Shown piece by piece: positions 11,994 to 24,367 of a stretch of DNA of 64,000 nucleotides. Numbering within the stretch: position 1 is the first letter of the stretch; the number at the start of each line of letters is the position of its first letter. The notes below the pieces were generated by a model. That model was not told where the DNA came from. It searched no databases and worked only from the letters and a program-made list of their open reading frames with translations. Made by a program: the position numbers and the translations under genes. Source of the stretch: Macrostomum lignano. Its lineage: Eukaryota. The stretch spans positions 1 through 64,000 of the forward strand of contig NIVC01002895.1 of the NCBI GenBank assembly GCA_002269645.1. The letters are read 5' to 3'.

Positions 11994-14900
11994 TTGCTTT
12001 GGGGCACTAATGATCCATTCGAGTTTCTAGACCTGGTCAAACATGCGGTTCTGCAGTATCTCGAAGTTCGTCTTGACTCCTTTGACAACTGTTCGCTAAG
12101 AGCACAAATTAAGCTAAACGTGCGCATGATTCGGGTGCAGGCAGCAGAAGCAGTCAATGTTGAAAACAAATGGATGAGTACAAATCTCTGTATGCTGGTT
12201 GATGTGCAGGAATTTGATGACTGGTGGAGGCAGAAATTTGCAGAGTTAGAGCAGAGAGTAGACGTGTACAACGCTAATGGCAGTGGATGGGCCATTGACA
12301 AGATAAATTTCTTCGACCTTTGCTCTGCCCTCGCTGTTCGAACTCCCTACTATTCGGGGCGTGCGGCTGGGTTTAGTTTGCCGACTGCGCTTTTTCAAAA
12401 GAAGGCCGTCATTTCTCCTCCTAGCAGCGGTGAAAATTGCTTTGTTTACGCGTGCCTTGACTTTCTTCACAAAGATCACTGCCGTATTAAGAAGTCAGCT
12501 CAACGAGAATCCTCGTACACCGAATGAGATGAGATTAACATTACGGGACTGAGTCTGCCGATCAATTTGTACGATCTGTCTGCTGTCGAGGAATTAAATC
12601 CAACCCTTTGCTTCACTGTTTTCACCTGAGAGAATGAAGCTGCTGAAGTCCTCCGACAGCCAAGCGCAGCTACCATGAGAGGACGAACAGCTGTCCTGCT
12701 GATGTTTCTTCCACCATCTACGAGCGAGAACTCAGCTGGTGGTCATTGGTGTGCTGTCTCGAACATCAACAGATTGCTGAACAGTAAAGCCCACCTGTAC
12801 CAGCGAAAGTGGTGTGAGCGATGTCTGCTGTCATTTGACACTAGCAAGGCGTTCGATGAGCACTGTGAAGATGTCTGTGAGCCTGGTGGGATTTTTGTAC
12901 AGGAAGAACTTCCCGGTGAAGATCACAATGTACTTCGGTTTACGGCGTGGGAAAAGACAATCAGCCCACCATTCATTGTGTACGCCGACTTCGAGGCATT
13001 GAATGCACCTCACACAGGGCAGCAGACTGAAGCTGGTTCGAGCACTGTTAAGCTGACAGAGCATGTTGCCGTTGCTGCTGGTTACTTGGTGGTGCACCGA
13101 GCAGGCCTCACAGGGTTATCACCTATAGGAGTCGACAATGATGTTAACATATTTGTGAGTGAAAATCCGAAAACGTGTGTTTCTGACTTCTTGCAGTCAC
13201 TTGAACAGCTAGCTCGAGAGGTTTATGGCTGGAACACGGAGTTCAGTCATCAGACGGCTATTAGAACGGAGGCTGCAAAGCAACGCTTCCGCGACGCTAT
13301 ATCGTGTCACTACTGCGGAAGCGGCTTTGATAGTGAAAGCGGAAAGCACTGGGATCATGATCACCTCAGTGGCGAATTCCGAGGAGCAGCGTGTGCTCAG
13401 TGCAACATGCAGGCTCGTCTAAAAAGGCGCTTTCTTCCTGTGGTTTTCCACAATCTAAAAGGCTATGACCTTCATCTCATTATGTCAACGGCTTTGGATC
13501 TCATGGATGGATGGAGGATTTCGGTTATTCCACAGAATCCTGAGCAGTTTGTTTCAATGAAAGTTGACTTCAAAATCGATGAGTACGAGAGGGGAGGAAA
13601 GACTAAGCCATTGTTCTTTACCATTCAATTCATTTATTCTAACCAATTTCTCAACGCCAGCTTGGCTCAGCTGATCAAGAACCTGCCAGAAGAAGAGTGC
13701 ACCATCACTAGCCTGCTAAAAAGTAAGTTTCCACTGTTGTCTCCAGAAGTTTTATTCAGAAAATGCACTTTTCCGTACGACTACTTAACCAATTCAAATG
13801 TCCTTGAGGATACCGAGCTGCCAAGTAAAGAACAATTCTACAACGTTCTGACTAAAAGCCACTGCAGTGATGAGGATTACAGGCATGCACAGAAAGCATG
13901 GCATGAATTCCAAGTTAAAACGCTGAAAGAGTACATGCTATGCTACCTTGAGCTTGACATTCGGCAGCTCGCCGATGTCTTTGAAAATTTTCGCAAGCTC
14001 AGCCTTCGTGATGATGACCTTGATCCGGTGCATTTCGTTTCAACCCTGGGATTATCTTTTGCTTCAGCACTGAAGTCTCTCAAATCCAGAATCGAGCTGA
14101 TTACGGATTCGCAAATGTATGCAACATTCGAGCGCGGTATTCGCGGTGGCATGTCATTTGTGAACATACACAGAGTGTCAGCCAACTCTCCAGATATTAG
14201 AAAAAAATTGGAAGCAGCTGACAATCAGACTATCTGCAATGACAATGATGATGATGATGATGATGACTGTCACGACGAGGGCGCTGATCAAGCTGTTCCT
14301 ACCGAGCTTCTAGCAGTAGATGCTAACAACCTTTACGGTCAAGCTCTTACCATGAACTTACCTGTAAATGGATTTCGCTGGCTTTCCGAAGATGAGCTAC
14401 AGCTGTGGACCGAGGATCGTATCCGAGGGCTCAAAATCTCAGATCCAATTGCTTATCTGCTCGATGTCGATCTTCTATATCCAGCAGAGATACATTCCAC
14501 CACTGAAGATTTGCCTTTTGCACCAGAAAAAGAAGCACCAAAATTCAAAGAATTTCCTGCCTACATGCAACAGCTTTGGAGGCAGATTACTGGAGACAAA
14601 GCAGCCTATCGTTCGGCAGAAAAACTTCTGCTCACCTGTCATGACAAGCAGAGTTATGTGCTTCATTCGGCTATCTTGGCATTCTACTTGAGCCATGGAA
14701 TGAAAATCAAACGAATTAATCGAATGATTGAGTACAAACAGGAGCCGATATTTGCTGACTATGTTAACATGAACAGCGTGAAAAGAGCTGCTGCGACAAA
14801 CAGCTTCGAGAAAGACTACTACAAACTAAAAAACAATGCGCTCTTCGGAAAAACAATGGAAAACGTGCGTAAGCGACGTGACATTCGGATTTGCACCAAC

Positions 14901-16476
14901 ACTGCAAAAGCAAAGGTGCTGGCTTCAAAACCATCCATTAAGAACTTCATCATAATTACCGACTCACTGAGCATAATTGAATTCCAGAAGACTAAGGTCA
15001 AGCTTGATCGTCCGATTTTTATTGGCCAGTGTGTTCTTGACTATTCGAAGCTAATCATGTACGAGTTATTCTACGTACATGACTACGTACTGCGGCGAGG
15101 GTCGGTCTCGTCATCAACGCCAGGAAGACCGAGGTGCTGACGGTGCCGCATGATCTACCCGCCGAGATTCGACTTCAAGACGGCGACGGCCCCGGGACGG
15201 CGCTCCCGAAGTGCCTTCAGTTCGTCTACCTCGGCGGACTGGTGCCGGACGTCGGTGACGACCTAGCGAGACGGCGCGGCAAGGCCTGGGCTGCCTTCCG
15301 ATCTGTGCGGGCGGTGCTGCTCTCCGAGGCCCTGTCCGACGGCGCCAGGTCCCAGCTGTTCCAGGCGGTTGTTGAGACCACCCTGCTGTACAATGCTGAG
15401 ACCTGGACGCTGACCGGGGCGCTTGAGGCGCAGCTCGACGCGGCGCATGCGGCCCTAGTCCGCGCCGCTTTCGGCGCCCGCCGCGGCCCTGGCAGCGAGA
15501 CAACCGAGTCCCTGTACAAACGCACAGGCCTGACGCGGCCTTCTGCCCTGCTGAGTCAGCGGCGCCTGCGGCTTGCCGGACATGTCATCCGGACCGAAGC
15601 CTACTGCCCAGAGCCGCTGCAGGACGTCCTGCTGTGGACCCCGCAGGGACCGCGCAGGCGTGGTCAGGGACGATCAGCCCGCTACGTCGACCGCCTTTTT
15701 GAAGATGCGCGAGCACCCAGCCAGACGGCCGGTGTGAAGCACATTAGAGACCTGGCTCTGAAACGCGCGATTTGACGCTCCCCCCTCTTGGCCACTCCCG
15801 TGGCTGGCGTGGGGCGTAACTATTATTATTATTATTATTATTATTCTACGACAAATTGAAGCCTTGGCTTGAGCAAGAGGGTGCCCGTGTTCGGCTCTGT
15901 GGTGGAGACACCGACTCGCTCTTTCTTTGCATTCAGAATATGGATGTGCAGTCGGAAGTTCTTCCACTGCTAAAAGCAAAGAAACTCCTTGACACTTCCA
16001 ACTATTCACCTGAGCACCCGCTGTTCTCAAATGAATTGAAAGCTCGCCTCGGTTGCATCAAGGACGAAGGAGCTGGAGCTCGCTATCTCGAATGGTTGCT
16101 TTTGAGACCAGAGCTGTATTCCTTTCTCGCTAGCACTGCAACTGCTGAAAAGAAAAAAGCCAAAGGCATTCAAGGATGTGTTGTCAAGAAGGAGATTGCG
16201 CATAGTGATTACTTGAGAGTCTTCAATGATCTGAGTAGCATGTCCGTCATCATCCACAGGATCGCTAGCATCCAACACAGGCTATTCACGCTGCAGCAGC
16301 GAAAGTGTGCCTTAAGCATTTGGGAGGACAAGCGCGCTTGGCTGACACCGAACTACAGTCTCCCGTTTGGCCATTTCCAACTTCTTCATCCGGAGTCGTC
16401 GCAGCTGCAACAGCACGTGAATGCTACAGCCTCCCGAAAGCGGCGCCGGGAAGAAGACCACGAATTTAATAAGTGA
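11994..16476 (+). pseudogene. Polinton/Maverick-type protein-primed family B DNA polymerase with endonuclease VII domain, inactivated
   Basis: ExoI VYADFE, ExoII FHNLKGYD, ExoIII YLELD; Pol motifs DANNLYG, KLKNNALFGK, GDTDS; EndoVII CHYC...DHDHLSGEFRGAACAQCN. Two in-frame TGA stops near 12525 and 12627. Split by a LINE at 15076-15850; removing the LINE and one TSD restores the frame (ELFY-DKLKPW). Confidence 0.92.
15076..15840 (+). mobile_element. 5'-truncated non-LTR retrotransposon (RTE-like), RT thumb and C-terminus
   Basis: ORF 15092-15775 (GLVINARKTE...FVYLGG...LLYNAETWTL...RRLRLAGHV), short 3' UTR, (TAT)n tail, 10-bp TSD TTATTCTACG at 15066-15075 and 15841-15850. Confidence 0.93.
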
Positions 16477-17444
16477 CTGAGTATAACTTTTTATCACACG
16501 GCCTCTACACATTTTATTCTGAATATTTAGTCTTTGGTTTCTTCAAACATATACTCGCCTTTATCCGTTTAAATTATATGCTTTCTCAATTTTGCTATCT
16601 CAGATAGAAATAGTTGCAGCAATTTGCCTCCCCTGTTTCACCATAATGTTAGTGTCTTTTTGAACTTTTTGTCTGAAGTCTTAATGCTAGCTATTAATTT
16701 ATTAGTAATTTGATTTCAGTACCTTGTAACTGCACGATTTCTAATATTAAATTGCAAAGTCAGTAAATTAAATGTATTGAAATTTTTATTGCTGAGTTTT
16801 ATGTTCATTTATTACTTTTTTAACATGATGCTAAAACATTTCTTTGCATTGCTTTTGTTGAAATTTCTTGCCTATACTAGTAATTTTGCGGTCCAGTTAC
16901 ATGTATGAGTGTCAGTCGAGTTTGATTAATTATCGATTGACTCAAGAGCTGTCGACACAACTTAGCAAGCCATTTGGTCTAGCCATTGGCGCCCTTCTGA
17001 TCCGGGCCCACGGAATTTCCGTGGCTTTCCCTGCGGCAGAGTTGTGTTCTCCTCTACTACTAATAGTTAGCTGTATTTCTGTTTTCTTATTTTGATCCCG
17101 ACAGCAAAGCAAATAATGCACTGTTTCATTTGAAATCCATGAATATTACTAAAGTCGCCGCGGCAGACTTTCCAGTTTTTGGGGATTTCGACTGGAGTAT
17201 AATTAGCTAACCAAGCAGATGCATTCCGGAGTACCTGCACAGCAAAAGCTAGCCAATTATTCGCTATTCAAATCGAACAGCAAACAACATTGCGCAACAA
17301 GAAATGATAATTATCGCTTCGATCAATAAGAAACTTACCTCTGTCACGTGCGGGCCTGTAAGAGTCACGGCAGTCCACCTGTCCTTGCAGGGCACGTTGG
17401 AGAGCTTTGACACCGATGGCATTGAGTGCTGCTCACAGCTGGCT

Positions 17445-17451
17445 TATATAA
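17445..17451 (+). promoter_or_regulatory. TATA box of VMO1 copy 2
   Basis: TATATAA about 90 bp upstream of the ATG at 17541. Confidence 0.6.
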
Positions 17452-17540
17452 GCAGGAGTGCAGGCACTAGCTGTTCCATCGAACTGACCATCTCAGCTGC
17501 AATATTGAGTACACCATCTTGCACTGTAAGACCGGAGAGC

Positions 17541-18318
17541 ATGAAACTGCTACTGCCTACTCTGCTGCTGCCCGCACTGCTGCTCATGAGCTGCAACAGC
17601 GTCACAGGTGAGAGCTTGTCTGCTGAGGTCAATTTCCTCATTCGCAGCTGTTGGGATGTCCAAAGTCAACCCGCACACGTGCATTTCCCATTGCAGCCAA
17701 TCGGTGGGCAGCCACCTTGACACCGGAAGCGAAAACTGACTGGGGAGACTGGGGCAACTGGGAAAGCTGTCCTGACGGATCGTTAGTTAGCAGGTGAGGC
17801 TTGCAAGTCAGCTGCATCACACGTAGAGTTGTCACAGCCGCATGTCCCATCAAGGACGACAGTCAGCGATCCGTCACAAATGCATCAATCCTTTCAGGTT
17901 CCAGCTGAAGGTGGAGGACAAGCAGGGCAACGGTGACGACACGGCCCTGAACTCTGTGAAGATGTTCTGCTCACATGACGGTAGCTGGGGAAGCCACTCG
18001 CTGGAAAGTGCAGCTGGCAGCTGGGGCAACTGGCGCGAATCCTTGCACTGCAGCAAGTTTTACTCAGGTATCCAGTTCCGCTCGGAGCCGTCTCAGGGCG
18101 GTGGTGACGACACGGCTGGCAACAATGTCCGTCTGCTGTGCGACGGCAACTGGCAGGATGGTGGCGGCCTGGACTGGGGCAGCTGGACCGACGCCCAGTA
18201 CTGCCCTCACAACAGCTTCATCTGCGCCCTGCGCACCAAGGTCGAGGGCTCGCAAGGCGGCAGGCGTGACGACACGGCCCTCAATGCGATCGAGGTCCAG
18301 TGCTGCTACATCAACTGA
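17541..18318 (+). CDS. VMO1: VOMI/VMO1 homolog, copy 2; exons 17541-17607, 17697-17793, 17898-18318
   Basis: Same gene as copy 1 with canonical donors (CAG|GTGAGA, CAG|GTGAGG) and acceptors. Differs from copy 1 by one synonymous Leu codon and one Ser/Pro change. Confidence 0.92.
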
Positions 18319-19142
18319 CCTGACTGTGTGCTGTAGCAATTTGTTTTACTTGTGCCAGTCAATACAATCGTTCTTCCTGGACTGTGGTCTCATTATTTAT
18401 GGAATGTGCTTTCAATAATAAGTAGACTCTTTTCTCGTTACTAAATTGACAATGTTCCCAGTATTAAAGATGGTGACCTTAGACTTAGGCTTTTGGGTTA
18501 CTACTGACCCCCTGTGTCATCATTGCCATCATTGCCCCCTGTTTTTAACTGAGGCAACATATTCAGATGTCCAAGAAAATTCCATTCTCTAACTGTGAAT
18601 TAAGTTCTGAATGTTTTTTTAGTTTTTTCGACAGCCCTGAAGCAAATAAGCGCAGATTTCAGAAAAAAAATGCGCGCGTAATTAGTAGCAAGCAGTGAGT
18701 CTTATTGTGTTGCGTAACTCAATGCCATCTGAAGACTTCAACTAACGTCATTTACGAATAAATTTTTTATTTAATTTTAATACCAGCACTTTGCTTAATG
18801 CAAAGTCCCATGCAGTGTCTTCAGCGCTGATTTCAGGTGGCTGGATGGAACGATGGGTGAAAGTGTCGCTCCATTGGCGTGCGAGAACCGTGTGAAAGTA
18901 TGAAAGAAACAGACTGATAAACAATTAGCTGAGACAAAATTAAACATTGACGTACCTGCTGAGGCCCACTAATACTAAGTGTGGTTCAGGTAATCAATGG
19001 ACGATGTAATTGGGCGCTGTTCATTAAAGTTGGAACATTTTTCACGTTTTTATAGATTCCAGAGTTCTCAGTTATGATGAAAAAACTCACAAACCCTTTC
19101 ATTGATTGTTATCAAACGTTACATGTTATCAAGTGTTATCAA

Positions 19143-19543
19143 GGGGCGGATAGCTCTTTGTAAGGTGTCAGACTCTCGACCAGATGGTCCTGGGTTCGTC
19201 TCCCGACCTAGTCTAGAACTATTCGTGCAGTCTTTGGCAAGCTGCTTTGCCCTGAAGTGCACACAGTCTGCTCAGCTGCAAATGAGTACCCGAAATTTCG
19301 TCGGGTACTCATAATTCCGGCTAGCTTGAAACAAAGCAGCTCTGTGCGGCAATTCAGTGGGGTTTGGATACTGTCGATATGTGTCGAAAAATTAATTCCA
19401 TTGCTGACACGCGGCTATCAACCGGTGGAGAGAGCCGGGGATTACATTAAGTGTGCAGTCCCCACCTGCTACGCTCGTACTGTGCTTGACACAACACCTG
19501 CACTGGTCCTTGGATCTATAGTGTCAGTTATTATTAATATTAT
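19143..19543 (+). mobile_element. tRNA-headed SINE with CORE-like central segment
   Basis: GGGGCGGATAGCTC...GGGTTCGTCTCCC head; CORE-like segment TCTTTGGCAAG...CAGCTGCAAATGAGTAC; (TTA)n-like tail; 7-bp direct repeat TTATCAA at 19136-19142 and 19544-19550. Confidence 0.7.
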
Positions 19544-20306
19544 TTATCAAACCTACTCCTCCTAGTAGAATCCAAAATAACAAAACAGCTGTTCGGTTTT
19601 TGTTCAAATCTTTTTGTTCATAGCACAGACCATGAACTAAATGATTAGTGTTCTATATTCGTGAATTGAAAAAAAACTCTTGACAGAAAAAGCATTAATT
19701 ATAGAAATAGGGCTGAGGTTCGTAAGTTAATGATACGAGCAAAAGTGAGGTGTTTGAACGTACAAACAATAAATTGCTTGCTTCATTTGCAAGTCACGGG
19801 TTCGCCTGTCAGTTGATTGGTCACCACGTGCCCAGCTGCTCGCGCATTCTTCTCAATGGCTCTTAACAGAATTGACAGCCACGTTGTGCCACGTTGTTGG
19901 CACAACATGGACTGCTCGCCTGGTCGAAACGTTCTGAAATGAAACAAGTTAAAGAATGAAAGAATCACTTTATTTGCGGCAGCTGGTAGCAGCTTTTCAC
20001 GCTGATATTTTTCTATAGTTTTTGTCACAATTCATAAATTTGCCCGAATTCATATTAATTTTCGTATTGCCATGCAGTGGCTATAAAGGCCAGGGCTAGG
20101 CCCTGAGTATTTATCTAAGTCTTATCACTTAGGCCATTTTGGAAATATATCTAGCCGTAGTAAAAAGCTGTACGAAAGCGCATTAGCAAGAAAGTGTAGT
20201 CTACCTAATTTCTTTTACGTTTCAAGTAGCTTTTAAGGTATAAAGTACATTAAACTTTTACAATAATATCAAACCTATTTTCTACATTCAGGCTTACAGA
20301 GGTCTG

Positions 20307-21075
20307 GTCTATCAATCTACTTAGATCAAGGGCGCCTCTCTAACTGCTTCTGTCCATCAATCTAAATGCATCAAGGCGCCTCTCCAACTGCTTCTGTCTA
20401 TCAATCTACATGTATGAAGGGCGCCTCTCTACGCCTCTCTAACTGCTTCTGTCCATCAATCTAAATGCATCAAGGCGCCTCTCCAACTGCTTTTGTCTAT
20501 CAATCTACATGTATGAAGGGCGCCTCTCTAACTGCTTCTGTCTATCAATCTAACATGTATCAAGGCGCCTCTCTAACTGCTTCTGTCCATCAATCTGACA
20601 TGTATCAAGGCGCCTCTCTAACTGCTTCTGTCTATCAATTTACATGTCTGAAGGGCGCCTCTCCAACTGCTTCTGTCCATCAATCTGACATGTATCAAGG
20701 GCGCCTCTCCAACTGCTTCTGTCCATCAATCTGATGTATCAAGGCGCCTCTCTAACTGCTTCTGTCTATCAATCTACATGTATCAAGGGCGCCTCTCCAA
20801 CTGCTTCTGTCCATCAATCTGACATGTATCAAGGCGCCTCTCTAACTGCTTCTGTCTATCAATCTACATGTATCAAGGGCGCCTCTCCAACTGCTTCTGT
20901 CCATCAATCTGATGTATCAAGGCGCCTCTCTAACTGCTTCTGTCTATCAATCTACATGTATCAAGGGCGCCTCTCCAACTGCTTCTGTCCATCAATCTGA
21001 CATGTATCAAGGCGCCTCTCTAACTGCTTCTGTCTATCAATCTACAGTACATGTATCAAGGAGCCTCTCTGCATT
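20307..21075. repeat. Minisatellite, 44-46-bp unit (TGTATCAAGGCGCCTCTCTAACTGCTTCTGTCCATCAATCTGACA-like)
   Basis: Direct inspection. Confidence 0.95.
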
Positions 21076-21428
21076 TGACTATCAATTTATCTGTGAGTAG
21101 GCGAGTCTCCACCGCCTTGTATAGTTCTCCTTCCCACCATCATATAATTCGTCAGAACTTTGAATTTTCCCGTTCTGATAGGGCCTAGACCTATGGCCTA
21201 CTAGCATATATCTGTTTCTTTTCTATTAAGGGTTTTACTGAATGTATTTTGATTGTAGTCATATTACTAAATTTTATATTGTGCTTTTGGCTTTTGCTTT
21301 ACGTACGTAGCTTGGCCTGTCTTGTTGATTCGATTTTCTTTTCTATATTGTGGAATTCTGAAATAAAATGTACGAGTATATGGAATTATATGTCGCTTTT
21401 AGCTACTGTTAGTAGAAATAGAAGCAGT

Positions 21429-22492
21429 TGAAGTACAGGTGTCTTGCCTGTGGTTGTCTAGAGGCCTTCAATAGGAACGCTGCCCCGGTGAAGTACAGCT
21501 GCTTGAGCTCCTCTGGGAAGTCTCCGGGTTGATCTAGTAGCGTTGGTAGTGCTGCCACCAGCTTCGCAGAGTCGCAGCCTTCGGTGAGGTGCTGAGCTCG
21601 TAGAAGCAAGTAACTAAGACGAGAGAAAGAGACTCGCACTTCGTGCAGGTTTAGCAGTTCTCGCGCAGAGGTGCCCACCGTCAGTAGTCCCTGCCGGGCT
21701 GGTGCGGGGTGAGAGCGAAAGTGCTAGCTTCGGGCGATCCGAGCTGGCCTGCTAATTGATAGCAGGAACAATCAGAGGCAGTCACGCGCAAAGTCGGGAG
21801 TTTGGAGTTCACTTGAAGCGCAAACTTGGCACACAACTTAGAGTTCGCTAGAAACGAAACGGAAGGAACGCTAGGAAAGCTTGGAAAGCTAGGAACGCGA
21901 GGAACGCTTGTCTGAGCCAAGCCATGAGAGGGGCCGCATTTATAGGGAGGATCGATTGCACCATAGCACGAAAGGCCCCCGCTGAGAGTCATAAGTGACT
22001 CTGTTGCTATTTTTAGCAACAAACAAGCGGGCCCTGCCTCAGAGGAGGCAAGGGGTGGGGGGTCCGGGCGCACGTGATCTCCCCATAAACACGAGCCCAG
22101 CGTACAATGATGAAATCATTGCACTTTGGACTAAAGAAGGAAGAGGGCCTTGTCATGTGACTGACTCTCATGACAAGGGGAAACGGCCCACAAGTGAAGG
22201 CACTCGTGACCGTGGGACCGGAAAACAGAAAGGCACTCCAAATTTGGAGATGCCTGACAGAGAACGAAACAGAGGCAGGCCAGACCAAGCTGTCTGGGCA
22301 CTGCAAAAAGGGAAAAACGAGACAAAAGGGGGCAAACGAGGACAAACAGACAGACAGACAAACGAGCAGAGGACAGGCCAGGGGACAGGCGGGAGGGACA
22401 GGCAACTGCCCAGCGGCAGACAGAAACCTGGGGAGAAGGCGAGGGCAACAGCTGACTAGTGCGGCGCCTAACTAAACTAGCGACTCACTACA
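21429..22492 (-). mobile_element. Solo LTR (1064 bp), probably Ty3/gypsy
   Basis: TGAAGT...ACTACA termini (imperfect inverted repeat), 4-bp TSD CAGT at 21425-21428 and 22493-22496, and minus-strand TATA (CTATAAAT) near 21940. Confidence 0.75.
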
Positions 22493-23974
22493 CAGTTAAT
22501 ATGAAGATTTTGTCAAAATGGAAAAATCCTCTGTATCTTGCATTAAAATTGGTACATTTTTAAGCGAAAAATACAATTACGTGGCTTGAATGAGCTGTTC
22601 TTTTAAAAAAGATCTTATTCATTATAAGGTACAAGAAGCAAGCGAAAAATATATTTTTTGGACATTTAATTTTTGTTCCTTCGGTTTTGAAGATTGGACC
22701 TTTTAGAACTGTTCGGTTAATGATCCCGAGATCCGAAAACCGAACCGAACAAGTCAATTTGGTAGGCCCTATCAACCGAACAATGGCATTTTTTGCTCAA
22801 CTATATATCAGATTGGTATGTGTGTATATCACTTTGTAGAAAATTTAGTTCACTGAATTCAAAAAGTGCTTCCTTTTGAATGCAAGTTATGTAAAGAAAG
22901 AGGTTTGGTTTGGGTCTTGCTTGAATTTTCAAGATGTTGGGCTCGTATGTGTACTGTGTAGTAGGATATAGAAACTAGGTGTGGTCGCCAATTATTTTCT
23001 CCAAAAATAATAAAGTCGATAACAAGTATGGCAATCAGATTTGAAGTCAAAGTGAGCAATAATAAGTTAAGTAGTTCAAGTTCAATATGCTTATACTTGA
23101 GCGAGCACCCGAACGATTGACCGCAACTGTGACTACTTAGCTGGGCGTTTTTATTATCGTCAATGACCTAATGATCGAAGTAGAATACTAAATCGGATAA
23201 ACCTAAGGCTCTAATGCTAAAATATGATGCTAATGAATGCTGTTATTAAGTGTTAAGACGCTAAGCTACGTTGTGACTCACGACCCAGTAGCCCCAGTTG
23301 ACCGAACCGTCCCAGCGCGACGCTCTTTCTAATTTAAATATATTTCTTATAAACTAAATAATAACAAAATAAGTAGATAACCTACGAATATACTACTACA
23401 ATTACGGAATGAGGGACAGGAGTGGAAAATAATATAAATACAATATAAAACTAAGAAACTCTAAAGAAATCACAATATTTAAAATCCAAACTACAATTTC
23501 ATTACAGTTTAAAAATTGTCGGTCTGTAGATCAATCAATCATCAATTCTTTTACAGACATCCCAAATCAAGAAATAACTCCGAAACGTGTTTTTCTTTAA
23601 TAATTTCTATCTAAATATACTAAATCTCTAATATTTGTATGCTTGAATGAATGTCCATAACGCTCTAGAGCGAGCAATTCTTCACCGATTTTGATCGCGT
23701 TTTCGCCAAAAGATTTAAAATTGTCTGGAAAGAAGACGGTTAAAATTTCTTTAATCTGCTTCAATCAATAATGCTAATTTTAAATTTTCTCGAGTATCTA
23801 TTGAGTAGATTGTCAAAACTTTATCTCATTTTGTAGATGAGAATGTCTTCTTTCTTCCAAATGATGTCACTTTTATATACTTTTGAAATATATTCCCCAT
23901 GGGACATTAAAAACGAAAGTCACTTGCATGTTTGGTTTTGAAGATCCCTTGTTCGGTTGATGAGATCTTACCCT

Positions 23975-24367
23975 TTTATTTTTATTAGGCTAGAGGCAGG
24001 GAAGGTTGTGTGCACCCTGGCGCACTTGTAAGGCATAGAGATTAAAAGAGATAGGCCTACTACAACCAACGAGAGGCATTACTGCCCATTTTACCAACTC
24101 CCCTGAGTAGCCATACAAGCATGCGGATACATATATAGGCACACTCACAGTCACACAGGAGTGTACAGTGGCCCTAAATTTATTTTATTGTTAGGCATGT
24201 ACACTTCATTGCAGCTTAAAGGGTTGGCTCTTAAGGCCATTACTTGCACAAGCAGAGGCAAGCCGAGATTCCAATTCAGCCCCAAATTAATATGACTACA
24301 CTTGGAATTAAGCCTAGGTCACTGACATACCAGAGCTTGCACTAGACTGCTGGGTTATGCCCCTCTA
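23975..24367 (-). mobile_element. Decayed copy of the SINE at 2928-3290
   Basis: Colinear homology with the 2928-3290 copy; degenerate TSD GAGATCT(T)ACCCT at 23962-23974 and 24368-24379. Confidence 0.85.

Larger units (their letters stand above)
16988..18408. repeat. Right arm of large inverted repeat (partner 6993-8411)
   Basis: See left arm. Confidence 0.97.

Noticed and set aside
6989-18413. Canonical Polinton with 6-bp TSD
   Set aside because: Outer flanks (GTGTAGG vs AATAAT) share no TSD, termini lack the AG-repeat signature, and integrase and capsid genes are absent.
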